Shown: piece by piece, positions 28,751 to 38,215 of the stretch
Position numbering within the stretch: position 1 is the stretch's first letter
Layout of the letters: every line of letters begins with the position of its first letter
Assembly: GCA_016215325.1 (NCBI GenBank)
Contig: JACRJV010000026.1
Location: 31,955-95,954 of the forward strand
Direction: 5' to 3'
Source: Candidatus Uhrbacteria bacterium
GTDB lineage: Bacteria > Patescibacteriota > Patescibacteriia > JACRJV01
Length of the DNA stretch: 64,000 nt
Notes under the pieces: model-generated
What the model was told of the DNA's origin: nothing
The model's database searches: none
What the model saw: only the letters and a program-made list of their open reading frames with translations
Made by a program: the position numbers and the translations under genes

Positions 28751-29413
28751 ATGCGCCGTTTGATTATTATCCTCCCACTGCTGCTCATTGCCCTCACCAC
28801 GGTGGCCGTTGGCCGATGGGACCGGAACACACTCGGGCCAACAGTTGATACAAACGCACCTGCCCAAGAACCGCAGAATGATGCTTCGGTCGCTCAAGAA
28901 CAACGCCAGGCGATCATCGCATCGCCACTACCGAGCGCCTATTACCGGGTAACAAAAAAACCGTTTGGGATCTTCGTATCCCCCAAGAAATCACCGGTGA
29001 ACCCCGAACGCTTCACCGGGTATCACACCGGGGTCGATTTCGAGACAGGCCCCAGCGAACAACAGTTTGACCTGCCTGTATCAGCGATTTGCACCGGGAA
29101 TATTCTCGCAATGCGTGCTGTCAGCGGCTATGGTGGCGTCGTGGTACAGGCATGCCGGATCCAAGAACAAGACGTCACGGTAGTATACGGTCACTTAAGG
29201 CTTTCGAGTATCAACGGGTCTGTCGGAGAGTCGCTTGAGCGCGCGCAACCATTTGGGGTATTGGGAGCGGGGTTGACTGCCGAGACCGATAAGGAGCGTA
29301 AACATTTACATCTCGCCATTCACAAAGGCACCGCCATCAACACGGCGGGGTACGTTTCAACGGCATCGCAACTCAGCGATTGGATCGATGCGCAAGGATG
29401 GCTGGAACCGTAA
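28751..29413 (+). CDS. M23 family metallopeptidase, secreted
   Basis: HTGVDF, GYGGVV, YGHL, HLHL motifs; signal/anchor helix. Confidence 0.88.
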   Translation: MRRLIIILPLLLIALTTVAVGRWDRNTLGPTVDTNAPAQEPQNDASVAQEQRQAIIASPLPSAYYRVTKKPFGIFVSPKKSPVNPERFTGYHTGVDFETGPSEQQFDLPVSAICTGNILAMRAVSGYGGVVVQACRIQEQDVTVVYGHLRLSSINGSVGESLERAQPFGVLGAGLTAETDKERKHLHLAIHKGTAINTAGYVSTASQLSDWIDAQGWLEP

Positions 29414-29457
29414 TCTTGTTGTAATGGAATCAAGGATGAACGGTCTATAGTACTGAT

Positions 29458-30288
29458 ATGGCACACACATTCCAAAAACATAACGTGTATCCGTCGTTAA
29501 CGCTATTACTGCTGGCAACCGCCATGATCGGGGGCGCTATTGTGATGTTATCACGCGAGCATCTCCCAATCGGCCAATCAGACGAATCACAACCGACCAC
29601 AGCCGCTCCTTCTTCTCCAGAACAACCTTCTACCAATTCGCCGGCACCAGCAGATGATTCCAAGACGTCGGCATTGCTCACCCGCCCGCCAAAAAATTCC
29701 GCACAAGAACAAATCCGCATTACTGTACCATTCTTTTCTCAAGCGCCCTACGGGCAATGGGATGATCCTCGGCACCAAGATGGATGCGAAGAAGCCTCCG
29801 CGATTATGGCGGTCGCCTGGGCACAGCAAAAATCGTGGACAACGCAACAAGCCAATACTCTCATCGAAGAGATCGCCGCCTATCAAGAGAGGAACTTTGG
29901 CAATTACCATGACACGTCCGTAGAAGATACGGCAGAGCGCATTCTCAAGGGCTATTTTACATTCTCGAATTTTGAGGTGCAATCGAATGTCACCGTCACC
30001 GATATCCGCACCGCGCTTGAGGCCGGCAATATTGTGATTATTCCGGCGGACGGTAAAAAACTAAAAAATCCCTATTTTACCAATGGGGGTCCAGAACGGC
30101 ATATGTTAGTCGTTATCGGCTACAACCCGTCGACCAACCAATTTATTACCAATGATCCGGGCACGCGCCATGGCGCAGGGTATCGCTACTCCTCTGCCAC
30201 AATTCAAGCGGCGATCCGAGACTATCCCAGTGGATATCACGAACCGATCACCTCGCTTCCGACGGCGATGATCGTGGTGCATCGATGA
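29458..30288 (+). CDS. C39-like cysteine peptidase (Peptidase_C39_2), membrane-anchored
   Basis: VPFFSQAP, DGCEEAS, HMLVVIGY, NDPGT. Confidence 0.85.
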   Translation: MAHTFQKHNVYPSLTLLLLATAMIGGAIVMLSREHLPIGQSDESQPTTAAPSSPEQPSTNSPAPADDSKTSALLTRPPKNSAQEQIRITVPFFSQAPYGQWDDPRHQDGCEEASAIMAVAWAQQKSWTTQQANTLIEEIAAYQERNFGNYHDTSVEDTAERILKGYFTFSNFEVQSNVTVTDIRTALEAGNIVIIPADGKKLKNPYFTNGGPERHMLVVIGYNPSTNQFITNDPGTRHGAGYRYSSATIQAAIRDYPSGYHEPITSLPTAMIVVHR

Positions 30289-30295
30289 TCAATGA

Positions 30296-30952
30296 CTACG
30301 AACGCCTCTTCAATCCTAAATTATTAATCGTAATGGCAATGCCCGGCGGAAGCTTGGCTCCAAAGAAGCTGGCTTCGGTAAAATTTGTTGTCTCTGTGAC
30401 TGTCGCTTGCGACAAATCCGCTCCTTCAAAATTACATCCACGGCAATCCGCTGCGCTCAAATCCGCATACCGCAAATTGGCATTGCTAAAATCGCTTCCA
30501 CCCACAACCGCTCGGGAAAAATTCGCTTCCTGAAAGTTAGCATTGCGCCAATCCCTGCATAGATTCCATTCTCTGCTATAATCGGCAAACTGCGCTTGCG
30601 CGGGCGGCGGTGCGTCTTCCCCGCGCCGATCCCGAAGTGGAGTGATGTTGGGGACTTGGCTGCGCATCGCTTGCTCGAATTCTTCCCGAATGCGAATCAG
30701 CTCTGGGATTACCGCATCCGTGAGATCGACCGGATGCTGTTTGTGGAGGTCTTCCATAACCCGTCCAATATCGAGATCGCGTTGCCGGATGGCTGGGGGG
30801 TCTGCCTCGGACTTCTGGCGATTGCTCCGATCCATCCGACGTCGTGCAATAAACCGTTGGCGCGCCATATAAAAACTCGGCTCGCTCTTTTTTTTATCAG
30901 AAGGCGCTTGTTCACGTGGGGCATTGCCAAGTTCCCCAAATTGCTCACTCAT
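30296..30952 (-). CDS. Pentapeptide repeat protein
   Basis: ANFQE-ANFSR...SDFSN-ANLRY-ADLSA-ADCRG-CNFEG-ADLSQ. Confidence 0.85.
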   Translation of the reverse strand: MSEQFGELGNAPREQAPSDKKKSEPSFYMARQRFIARRRMDRSNRQKSEADPPAIRQRDLDIGRVMEDLHKQHPVDLTDAVIPELIRIREEFEQAMRSQVPNITPLRDRRGEDAPPPAQAQFADYSREWNLCRDWRNANFQEANFSRAVVGGSDFSNANLRYADLSAADCRGCNFEGADLSQATVTETTNFTEASFFGAKLPPGIAITINNLGLKRRS

Positions 30953-30958
30953 AAACGA

Positions 30959-31507
30959 TTATTGGACAGGTTGATAAATTTTGCGAAATTGATAGTTGGA
31001 TATCCGGGAGTACCCTTGCTGACTGATCATTGATAAAAAAATGCGATCCCAATCATTGGGTGTAATGGCATCGCTCGGATTTTTCTCAACAATGTGCGTT
31101 ACTGCTTTCTTCCGTTTGGTTGAAAGGTCCTGAAGGAACGGAAAAAGAGACTGGTACAGCACACGGCCGAGACCACGGGGAAGCTTTTTGTGATTATCGA
31201 ATCGCTCGATGCTGGTGCTCACCTCTACCATCGTATCGTTGATAACATCAATAGCCACAAACAGTTCGACCATTGCATCACCCACCCCGATTGCAAAGGT
31301 AAAGGATTCGGACTCACGAGATCCTTGGCGTTTTTTGTGGATGCCAATGAGCGAACAATCAATGTCGTGCAGCCGGAGCGGACGGTGCGCGTATGCGACT
31401 TCCTTAACCTCCGAATTCGGAATGGATCCAAACGGCCATTGGCGCGCCGTATCATGAACGGAATGGATGCGATCCATTACTTCTGGTCGCTGCGTGCTCC
31501 AATCCAA
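30959..31507 (-). CDS. Hypothetical protein (GNAT-like segment); may be a nonsense-disrupted gene starting at 31567
   Basis: PRGLGRVLY segment; in-frame ATG 31567 followed by TAA at codon 3. Confidence 0.55.
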   Translation of the reverse strand: MDWSTQRPEVMDRIHSVHDTARQWPFGSIPNSEVKEVAYAHRPLRLHDIDCSLIGIHKKRQGSRESESFTFAIGVGDAMVELFVAIDVINDTMVEVSTSIERFDNHKKLPRGLGRVLYQSLFPFLQDLSTKRKKAVTHIVEKNPSDAITPNDWDRIFLSMISQQGYSRISNYQFRKIYQPVQ

Positions 31508-31575
31508 CGTTATAAAATCAACGGGCCGTGCGTCGGGGATGTTTGGGATTTCAGACTTTTATGCCATACACACCG

Positions 31576-32022
31576 TCACTTCTTACGGCTCAACTGCAGT
31601 TCTAATTCTTCAATTTTATGGGCCACATCAACAAGCTCTTGTCGGATTTCGCCGATAGCACCGGCTTCGGTGCGATTTTCTCCTTCAATTTTTTTGCTTA
31701 ATTGTTTTTCGCCCCGCAACCCGGCCAATATTATTTCATTGCCAATAAAACTCGATACAAACGACCCCGACAACAACAAAATCACAAAACCCACAATCAT
31801 CGATACTGGCCCATCCCACCAAGGGGTAATCGTCCAGTCGATCGAGGATTGCGCATTGTTCGTCACTTGACTGATATACAAATGGAAGAAATCAACCGAA
31901 TGCCAAATCCCGCGCCAAAACAAAATAATCCCAGTGCCGGCGATGATGGCATAGAGCACGGGGTAATGACTCAAAAACCCTTGGAGGCGGTGTTCAACCC
32001 GTCGGATCGTTGCGTTCATCAT
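31576..32022 (-). CDS. Conserved hypothetical membrane protein
   Basis: LSHYPVLYAII, ILFWRGIWH, FIGNEIILAGL, coiled-coil tail. Confidence 0.75.
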   Translation of the reverse strand: MMNATIRRVEHRLQGFLSHYPVLYAIIAGTGIILFWRGIWHSVDFFHLYISQVTNNAQSSIDWTITPWWDGPVSMIVGFVILLLSGSFVSSFIGNEIILAGLRGEKQLSKKIEGENRTEAGAIGEIRQELVDVAHKIEELELQLSRKK

Positions 32023-32110
32023 AATACATCCCAATTGTATGTCGAATTTTCCTGTCTGACAACGGGGTATTTAACGCTACGCACTATAGTCTACCCCATC
32101 GATACATTTA

Positions 32111-32146
32111 ATAAAAATACTTCAGTATCGCACTGAAGTATTTTTA
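32111..32146 (-). terminator. Intrinsic terminator after tRNA-Asn
   Basis: AAAAATACTTCAGT-atcgc-ACTGAAGTATTTTT. Confidence 0.8.
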
Positions 32147-32221
32147 TGGCTCCGGGGGTGGGATTCGAACCCACGACCAAGAGATTAACAGTCTCCTGCG
32201 CTACCGCTGCGCTACCCCGGA
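32147..32221 (-). tRNA. tRNA-Asn(GTT)
   Basis: Acceptor stem TCCGGGG/CCCCGGA, anticodon loop CTGTTAA, T-loop GGTTCGAATCC, encoded CCA. Confidence 0.96.
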
Positions 32222-32238
32222 ATACTAATGCAGTGTAT

Positions 32239-32267
32239 AGTCTAGCCTTAATGAAATGAATGGTCAA
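32239..32267 (-). promoter_or_regulatory. Sigma70 promoter for tRNA-Asn
   Basis: TTGACC (32267-32262), 17 bp, TAGACT (32244-32239). Confidence 0.65.
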
Positions 32268-32287
32268 CAGTTTTAATAGTCCCTGTT

Positions 32288-33607
32288 TTAATAGTCTCGA
32301 AGCTTTTCGATGCCTTCGTAACGCTTAATTTTTTCTAACGACTTGGCCTCGATTTGTCGAATACGTTCGCGGGTGACGCCGAATTCTTGGCCGACTTCTT
32401 CCAACGTATGTGTAACGCCATCCACCAGCCCAAACCGCATTTCCAAAATTTTCTGCTCTCGTGGAGTCAATCCCCGGATCGCGTCCTGCACGTAGCCGCG
32501 CAAGAGTTGGAGTTGCGCCGCGCGGTCAGGGGTAACGCTCCGGACGTCCTCGATAAAATCCTCGAGCGTCGAATCTTCCTCATCCTCCCCAACCGATGTT
32601 TCCAACGAAACGGTATCTTGGCTGATCTTGATGATGTAGTGGATTTTTTCGATCGGCTCGCTCATTTCCGCCGCAATTTCCTCCGGCAATGGCTCACGAC
32701 CCAGGTCTTGGATAAGCTGCCGTTCAATCTGCTGGAACTTATTGATTGTCTCCACCATGTGTACGGGGATGCGGATCGTCCGGCTCTGGTCGGCCAATGC
32801 CCGCGTAATCGCCTGCCGGATCCACCACGTGGCGTATGTCGAAAACTTGTAGCCTTTCCGGTATTCAAATTTCTCCACCGCGCGGAACAACCCAATATTG
32901 CCCTCTTGGATCAAGTCGAGCAACGATAACGATTTGCCCACGAACTTTTTGGCAATCGACACCACCAAACGGAGGTTCGCTTCAATCAATTTCTTTTCGG
33001 CCTCTCGCTCCCCTCGCTCCTTGCGTTTGGCTAATTGTATTTCCTCCTCGCCGGTCAACAGCGGGACTTTGCCGATTTCGCGCAAATACATCTGGATAGA
33101 ATCCTGTGCAATCTCGCCCAAATTAAAATTCATGATCTCTTCGTCTTCTTCCTTCTTTGCAACGCCCCCTCCCGCAGCACTCCGATGCCGCCGCGTATGC
33201 GAGGCGGGCTTGGCCGGCTCGGGCTTGGGTGCCAAGCTCACATTCACATTAATAAATCCGGTCGATTCCACCACCCGCGCCCCCATCCGGTCCACCTGAT
33301 CAAGGATATCTTCTGCGATGGACACGTATTCTTCCAGGTACGGGAGCGTATTCATGAGCTCTGTCTCGGTAATAAAGTTGCGCTGTCGCGCTTTATTAAT
33401 CAGAGCATCCAGCTCTTCTTTCGCCGGCGGCAAAATTTTCTCGACAACTTCTTTTTCTTTGGGCCTACTACGGATCGAGTGCTTACCCTTGTGAACACGT
33501 GGGCGCGAAAATTTTTTTGCTCGCGCGTTCACGCGGGAACGACGCGCCGGTTTACGCGCGACCTTCTTGATTTTACGCTTGCCGTGTTTTTTCTTTTTTT
33601 GTGCCAT
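32288..33607 (-). CDS. rpoD: RNA polymerase primary sigma factor
   Basis: [47 protein letters not shown]...TRERIRQIE; K/R-rich N-terminus. Confidence 0.96.
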   Translation of the reverse strand: MAQKKKKHGKRKIKKVARKPARRSRVNARAKKFSRPRVHKGKHSIRSRPKEKEVVEKILPPAKEELDALINKARQRNFITETELMNTLPYLEEYVSIAEDILDQVDRMGARVVESTGFINVNVSLAPKPEPAKPASHTRRHRSAAGGGVAKKEEDEEIMNFNLGEIAQDSIQMYLREIGKVPLLTGEEEIQLAKRKERGEREAEKKLIEANLRLVVSIAKKFVGKSLSLLDLIQEGNIGLFRAVEKFEYRKGYKFSTYATWWIRQAITRALADQSRTIRIPVHMVETINKFQQIERQLIQDLGREPLPEEIAAEMSEPIEKIHYIIKISQDTVSLETSVGEDEEDSTLEDFIEDVRSVTPDRAAQLQLLRGYVQDAIRGLTPREQKILEMRFGLVDGVTHTLEEVGQEFGVTRERIRQIEAKSLEKIKRYEGIEKLRDY

Positions 33608-33617
33608 AGATGCATCA

Positions 33618-35441
33618 TCATGCCGGGTGAGCGGAAAGCTCCCGTGTGAGTTGTACTGCGCGCTCAAGTAACGTATTCAAATGGTCAGTTTCTGCCGGCG
33701 GTTGACCGGAATGCTCAATTGCATTCAACTCTCTTTGAATCCGCTCTAATTCCTGCTGAAAATACCGGCGGCGGATAAGCCGCGCCAGGCGCTCAAGCTC
33801 GCGCGTTCGATCGACGATTTCAAGATGATGGTACAACTCCTCCGCGGCTGTGATGACGCGGGCGTACAATGGAGTTCCTTGGGGTATTTGTTCCATCTGC
33901 CCTTGCGGCTCCTGTGTCCCATACCATGCCCGAAACTCTTCCTGGCTTAACATTGTTGGCTCAACAATGCGTTTAACGGCACCCGAAAATTCTGGCCCAA
34001 GTAGCAATAACAATCCCATAAACGCGTGCTCAATGTCAAGGGATGCACGGTCTGCCTTCTGGGGATAATTGTCCTTTGGTCCGGCCGCGGCGGCAGAAAC
34101 CGCGGGCAGGCGAATCGATTGGATCCATTGCACGATCGCAGGTTGGGAATATCCCAGCGTATCGGCCAATGTTTTAATCCAAAATGATTGTTCCAACGGG
34201 TTTTTGATTTGGGCCAAAATGGGTAAAAATTCTTTCCCAATCTTTTCTTGCGTCGGCAATGCAGAAACATCCAACCCCTGTGTTACCCGCTGCCACAGTA
34301 CCTCCACAAATGGCCGGAATTGCGCGGACACCTGCTTCCAAACGCCCGCATCATTGCGGATACACTCGTCGGCGTCTTTGCCCAGCCCTTCGGGGATGGT
34401 GAGCATGCCGATCTTGAACTCCGACCGAAGCAGCAGCTCAATCCCCCGTTTGGCCGCTGCAGCGCCAGCCAAATCCATGTCAAAACTAAGGACCACGCGC
34501 TGCGTAAACCGCTTGAGCAATTGGAGATGTTCCAGAGTGAGCGCCGTGCCGCAGGTGGCAACTGCGTTGGCGACCCCTGCCTGGTGCGACGCAATCACAT
34601 CCATGTACCCCTCCAAGATGATCACGCTATTGGCAGAACGGATGGCCATCTTTGCCTGATCGATCCCATACAATACCGTCCGCTTATCATAGAGGATAGT
34701 TTGCGGCGTATTCATGTACTTTGCTTCCTCCACAACAGCGCGGGTGTTGGGCGTTGCGGCGGCCGCGCTGGGCAGAATCCTCCCGCCAAAGCCCACCAAC
34801 ATCCCCCGCGCGTCGCGGATCGGGAACATGATGCGGCCCCGGAACCGGTCGTAATAGGGTGTGGGGAAATTGCCGCGACTGCCAGCCGGGCGTTCGATCA
34901 CCAGCCCGCTGTCCAAAATATCAACGGGATCAAGCTGTTGGACACTCAAATATTGCGATAGATTATCCCAACCACTGGGTGCATACCCCACTTGCCACGC
35001 CCCAAGGGTCTCGGGCTGAATCGCCCGGGTGCCGGTCATATACTCCCATGCCAGGCGATTATTGGCGGGCTGTAATTGTTGCTGGTACCATTGGAATGCC
35101 GTTTCTAACACCCTGGTAACACGCTCTTTTTTACTGGCGCTTGCTCCGGCAGATTGGCGTTCTGGCAGTGTGACGCCCGCTTTTTGGGCCAACATCTTGA
35201 GCGCTTCGGGGAATTCGATATTTTCGATTTTCATCACAAACGAAAAATGATCCCCGCCTTCGCTGCAGCCAAAGCAGTGCCACACCTGCTTGGTCTGGCT
35301 AACCATAAAGGAGGGACTCTTTTCTTCGTGGAAGGGACAGCGCGCTTTCCAGCTACTTCCTGCCTGTGCCAGGGTGCCCACATATTCGCGGATAAGCTCC
35401 ACGATATCCAGCCGGGATTTAATTTCTTCGGTCGGAGTCAT
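33618..35441 (-). CDS. dnaG: DNA primase
   Basis: [46 protein letters not shown]. Confidence 0.96.
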   Translation of the reverse strand: MTPTEEIKSRLDIVELIREYVGTLAQAGSSWKARCPFHEEKSPSFMVSQTKQVWHCFGCSEGGDHFSFVMKIENIEFPEALKMLAQKAGVTLPERQSAGASASKKERVTRVLETAFQWYQQQLQPANNRLAWEYMTGTRAIQPETLGAWQVGYAPSGWDNLSQYLSVQQLDPVDILDSGLVIERPAGSRGNFPTPYYDRFRGRIMFPIRDARGMLVGFGGRILPSAAAATPNTRAVVEEAKYMNTPQTILYDKRTVLYGIDQAKMAIRSANSVIILEGYMDVIASHQAGVANAVATCGTALTLEHLQLLKRFTQRVVLSFDMDLAGAAAAKRGIELLLRSEFKIGMLTIPEGLGKDADECIRNDAGVWKQVSAQFRPFVEVLWQRVTQGLDVSALPTQEKIGKEFLPILAQIKNPLEQSFWIKTLADTLGYSQPAIVQWIQSIRLPAVSAAAAGPKDNYPQKADRASLDIEHAFMGLLLLLGPEFSGAVKRIVEPTMLSQEEFRAWYGTQEPQGQMEQIPQGTPLYARVITAAEELYHHLEIVDRTRELERLARLIRRRYFQQELERIQRELNAIEHSGQPPAETDHLNTLLERAVQLTRELSAHPA

Positions 35442-35446
35442 ACAGT

Positions 35447-36484
35447 TCACCTCCGCTGGACGGTAATATGAAAATGTCCCCTATGGCCAGGGGGTTTACC
35501 ATTGGGCCATACTTCGGCTCCAGCCCCGCTCCTGCCGACGCCATTGACGGTATTATAATTAAACTCATTGAGGGCCGGATCATCAATAATAATTTGAGTG
35601 ATATGGAGACGTTCACGATTTGCATAATAGAACGCCGCAATTCGACGTGCCTCTTCTCCATTGGATGGTTTGTCAATATCAAGACCGCGGCCGTTGCCAT
35701 CCGTATCGGCGTGAGGTGACGCACCAGCGCCCCCAACCTGTTGTGAATCATGACCGCCGACAATGGATTGGACATCTACTGGTATTCCCGCCGCAACTGT
35801 TGCGTTGAGGACCTCGCAAATATATGGACTCACGTTGATTCTCCGCCCGTCAAAACGACTGGTAATGACACCACTCGATAGCTCCCTTGCATCATTGGGC
35901 TGCACAAAATGCAGCCCTGCTCTTTCGATGAGGTCCTTACATTCTTGCGAAACCGCACCCACCGTCGGGGTCCCGGGGGGTACTTGAGTCTGTGGTGATG
36001 CCTGACTGGTCGCCCCAGTAAGGCCGGAGGTATAATCCTGAGCCGTTCCGCCTTCGGCTTCCGTGATCCCTACTTTTGGGATGTCAACCTTCTGCTGCTT
36101 TGTCACCTCGGGGAATTTAATTGCAACGGTTTTAGTTAAATCGGGGTTAATGGCATTCAGCAGCAACACGGCCCCGAGCGCTAATCCAAGCCCAACGATG
36201 GCGCCCCACATAATCTCGCTGGATTCCTCCACCTTGCCGCTGTCACCGCCGGCGGTAATGCGCTGAAGCCCAGCCCATAAAATCATGACGATCGCCGCAA
36301 CCCCTGCGACCTTTGTACCAAAATCCACGATATCCACAACAAGATCGCCAATGCTGTTTTCAGTAATGTTAGAGAGTTCTACCTTAAAATCGGATGAAGT
36401 AAACCGCGAAGCGGTTGCGCCAACACTAAACGGGAGGATCAACAAAATCCCCACCAATGGAATGGAACAAAGGAATTTTTTCAT
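35447..36484 (-). CDS. VirB2/TrbC-like pilin fused to a peptidase M15-like (DD-peptidase fold) domain
   Basis: Signal peptide; pilin hairpin AGLQRITAGGD...AIVGL...INPDL; C-terminal SPH...GRGLD and HRGHFH. Confidence 0.7.
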   Translation of the reverse strand: MKKFLCSIPLVGILLILPFSVGATASRFTSSDFKVELSNITENSIGDLVVDIVDFGTKVAGVAAIVMILWAGLQRITAGGDSGKVEESSEIMWGAIVGLGLALGAVLLLNAINPDLTKTVAIKFPEVTKQQKVDIPKVGITEAEGGTAQDYTSGLTGATSQASPQTQVPPGTPTVGAVSQECKDLIERAGLHFVQPNDARELSSGVITSRFDGRRINVSPYICEVLNATVAAGIPVDVQSIVGGHDSQQVGGAGASPHADTDGNGRGLDIDKPSNGEEARRIAAFYYANRERLHITQIIIDDPALNEFNYNTVNGVGRSGAGAEVWPNGKPPGHRGHFHITVQRR

Positions 36485-36559
36485 GCGTCCTTACTTTACC
36501 ACAAAAATAGTGGCTTTGACGAGTGTGGATGAGGCTGAGCAAATCAAGAAATCACTCAA

Positions 36560-37549
36560 TTAATACGGATCGATCGGGCGAATCGGTGGCGACCCGTCTA
36601 AAACCGTGATTGTCATTCCTGAATTATCTGGTTGCCGGCCATCAAATGTCCGTGCCTGAGGATCCCCATTGGATGTATCAGAGGGAATGTCGATATTATT
36701 TGGATTGCCCTGGAAGTCTCCGCCGGTATCATGGAAATAAACGTAGAAGTCCCGCGCCTCATGCGCTTGGTTCTGATTATTCACCCACTTTCTAACATTA
36801 ACCTTGGCCCATTTCCCAAATAACGGCGAGTCCCTTCCGACTGCGCCAGAAACATAGTTACACTCCCCGCGATACAACATTTCTAATGTACAGACCCCCT
36901 CCTTACCTGCAGCCGGTGGTGTGGCAGAATTGCCTATCCTTCCCTCCGTTGTCGCCGGTCCATCACCATCAACAGGCCAGTAATGCGTAACTCGATAGGG
37001 TTTCCCATCCGCAGCATTTGTTGAAATCGCCTCCCCCCATTCCCCGGCTCGACCCCCTCGGATATTGCGAGCGCCTCCTCCACTGCCACCACCACCAATG
37101 CGACTGACTGGTTTTATCCCCACCTCTGGTTTTTTTGCCTCAATCGAATTCTTGACCTCCGGGAACTTAATAGGCCCAAGCAATGTCAGGTCCGGATTGA
37201 TGGTATTCAGTATCAGAACACTGCTTAACGCAATGCCCAGGCCGATGATCGCCTCCCACATCATGTCCCCGCTTGTTTTGACGCGATCCGCATTGCCCGC
37301 GGCCACAACCCTTGTAATACCGGCGATGATAATCATCACCAGCGCCGTCACACCGGCTACTGGCACTAAAAACGTAACTAACCCCTCAATCAAATTTGCG
37401 ACCCCATTGCCGCTTTCATCCACCAGGTCGGTGAGTTTAAGATTGGGATTGTTAAAATCGATCTTGGAAACCGATTGTGCCCAGACAAAGCTGGGAATGG
37501 CCAGGAGCCAGGTTCCAGTGGCCAGGGCGATACGGTGGGGACGACGCAT
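36560..37549 (-). CDS. VirB2/TrbC-like pilin fused to a 3D-like (lytic transglycosylase-related) domain
   Basis: Signal peptide; same pilin hairpin ending INPDL; C-terminal VTHY...SGAV...HDTGGDFQG...IDI. Confidence 0.68.
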   Translation of the reverse strand: MRRPHRIALATGTWLLAIPSFVWAQSVSKIDFNNPNLKLTDLVDESGNGVANLIEGLVTFLVPVAGVTALVMIIIAGITRVVAAGNADRVKTSGDMMWEAIIGLGIALSSVLILNTINPDLTLLGPIKFPEVKNSIEAKKPEVGIKPVSRIGGGGSGGGARNIRGGRAGEWGEAISTNAADGKPYRVTHYWPVDGDGPATTEGRIGNSATPPAAGKEGVCTLEMLYRGECNYVSGAVGRDSPLFGKWAKVNVRKWVNNQNQAHEARDFYVYFHDTGGDFQGNPNNIDIPSDTSNGDPQARTFDGRQPDNSGMTITVLDGSPPIRPIDPY

Positions 37550-37560
37550 ACAAAAAATCC

Positions 37561-37683
37561 CAAATGCCAATTCCTAATTTCTAATGTCCGCCAAGGGCGG
37601 AGCAGCCTTTGGCTGGAAATGCATCTACACCAACATTTTATATTCCAAATTGCGCATTTATCATTCCACATTCAACATTCCAA
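37561..37683. repeat. Composite repeat: 7-mer tracts plus two GCC-NNN-GGC mini-hairpins
   Basis: caaatgc-caattcc-taatttc-taatgtc, TCCGCC-aag-GGCGGA, CAGCC-ttt-GGCTG, then tcattcc-acattca-acattcc. Confidence 0.6.
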
Positions 37684-38089
37684 TCTGCTCCACAAACTTC
37701 CGACCTGTCTCAAAAAAATTATATTTCGATAACTCTGCTTTTGGAACCCAGCGCACATCGTTGATCTCTTCTTCCAAGCATGTGGGTTCCCCGCCCACAT
37801 ACCGACACCGGAAACACACCAAGTGGATCTGGACATGACGCTCGCCAAAATCCCAGGTATGGCTCACCGGGCGTGGGAACAATTCCAATGGCTCTACATC
37901 CACCCCAAGCTCTTCTTTGAGCTCCCGCACGCAAGTCTGCTCCAATGTTTCGCCAAAATGGTTGGTGCCGCCCGGGAATTCCCACACCAAGTGAACCGCG
38001 GGGTTAGTCGGCTCATTGCGCTGGCTTAACAACACCTTCCCGTCGTGTTCAACATAGCCAAGGACAACCAGGATTTGCTGTTGTTGCAT
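37661..38089 (-). CDS. NUDIX hydrolase (MutT-like)
   Basis: WEFPGG...GETLEQTCVRELKEELGV. Confidence 0.9.
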   Translation of the reverse strand: MQQQQILVVLGYVEHDGKVLLSQRNEPTNPAVHLVWEFPGGTNHFGETLEQTCVRELKEELGVDVEPLELFPRPVSHTWDFGERHVQIHLVCFRCRYVGGEPTCLEEEINDVRWVPKAELSKYNFFETGRKFVEQIGMLNVE

Positions 38090-38215
38090 ATGTATTGAGA
38101 CGACCAATCGTCACGAACCTCGGGGAATATTGATTTTTAAGCCGAGCACTGTTCGAGGCAAGTTTCTCGGCCAAAAATCAGAATTCCACGGGGTTCGCGT
38201 AGTAAACAACTGACA

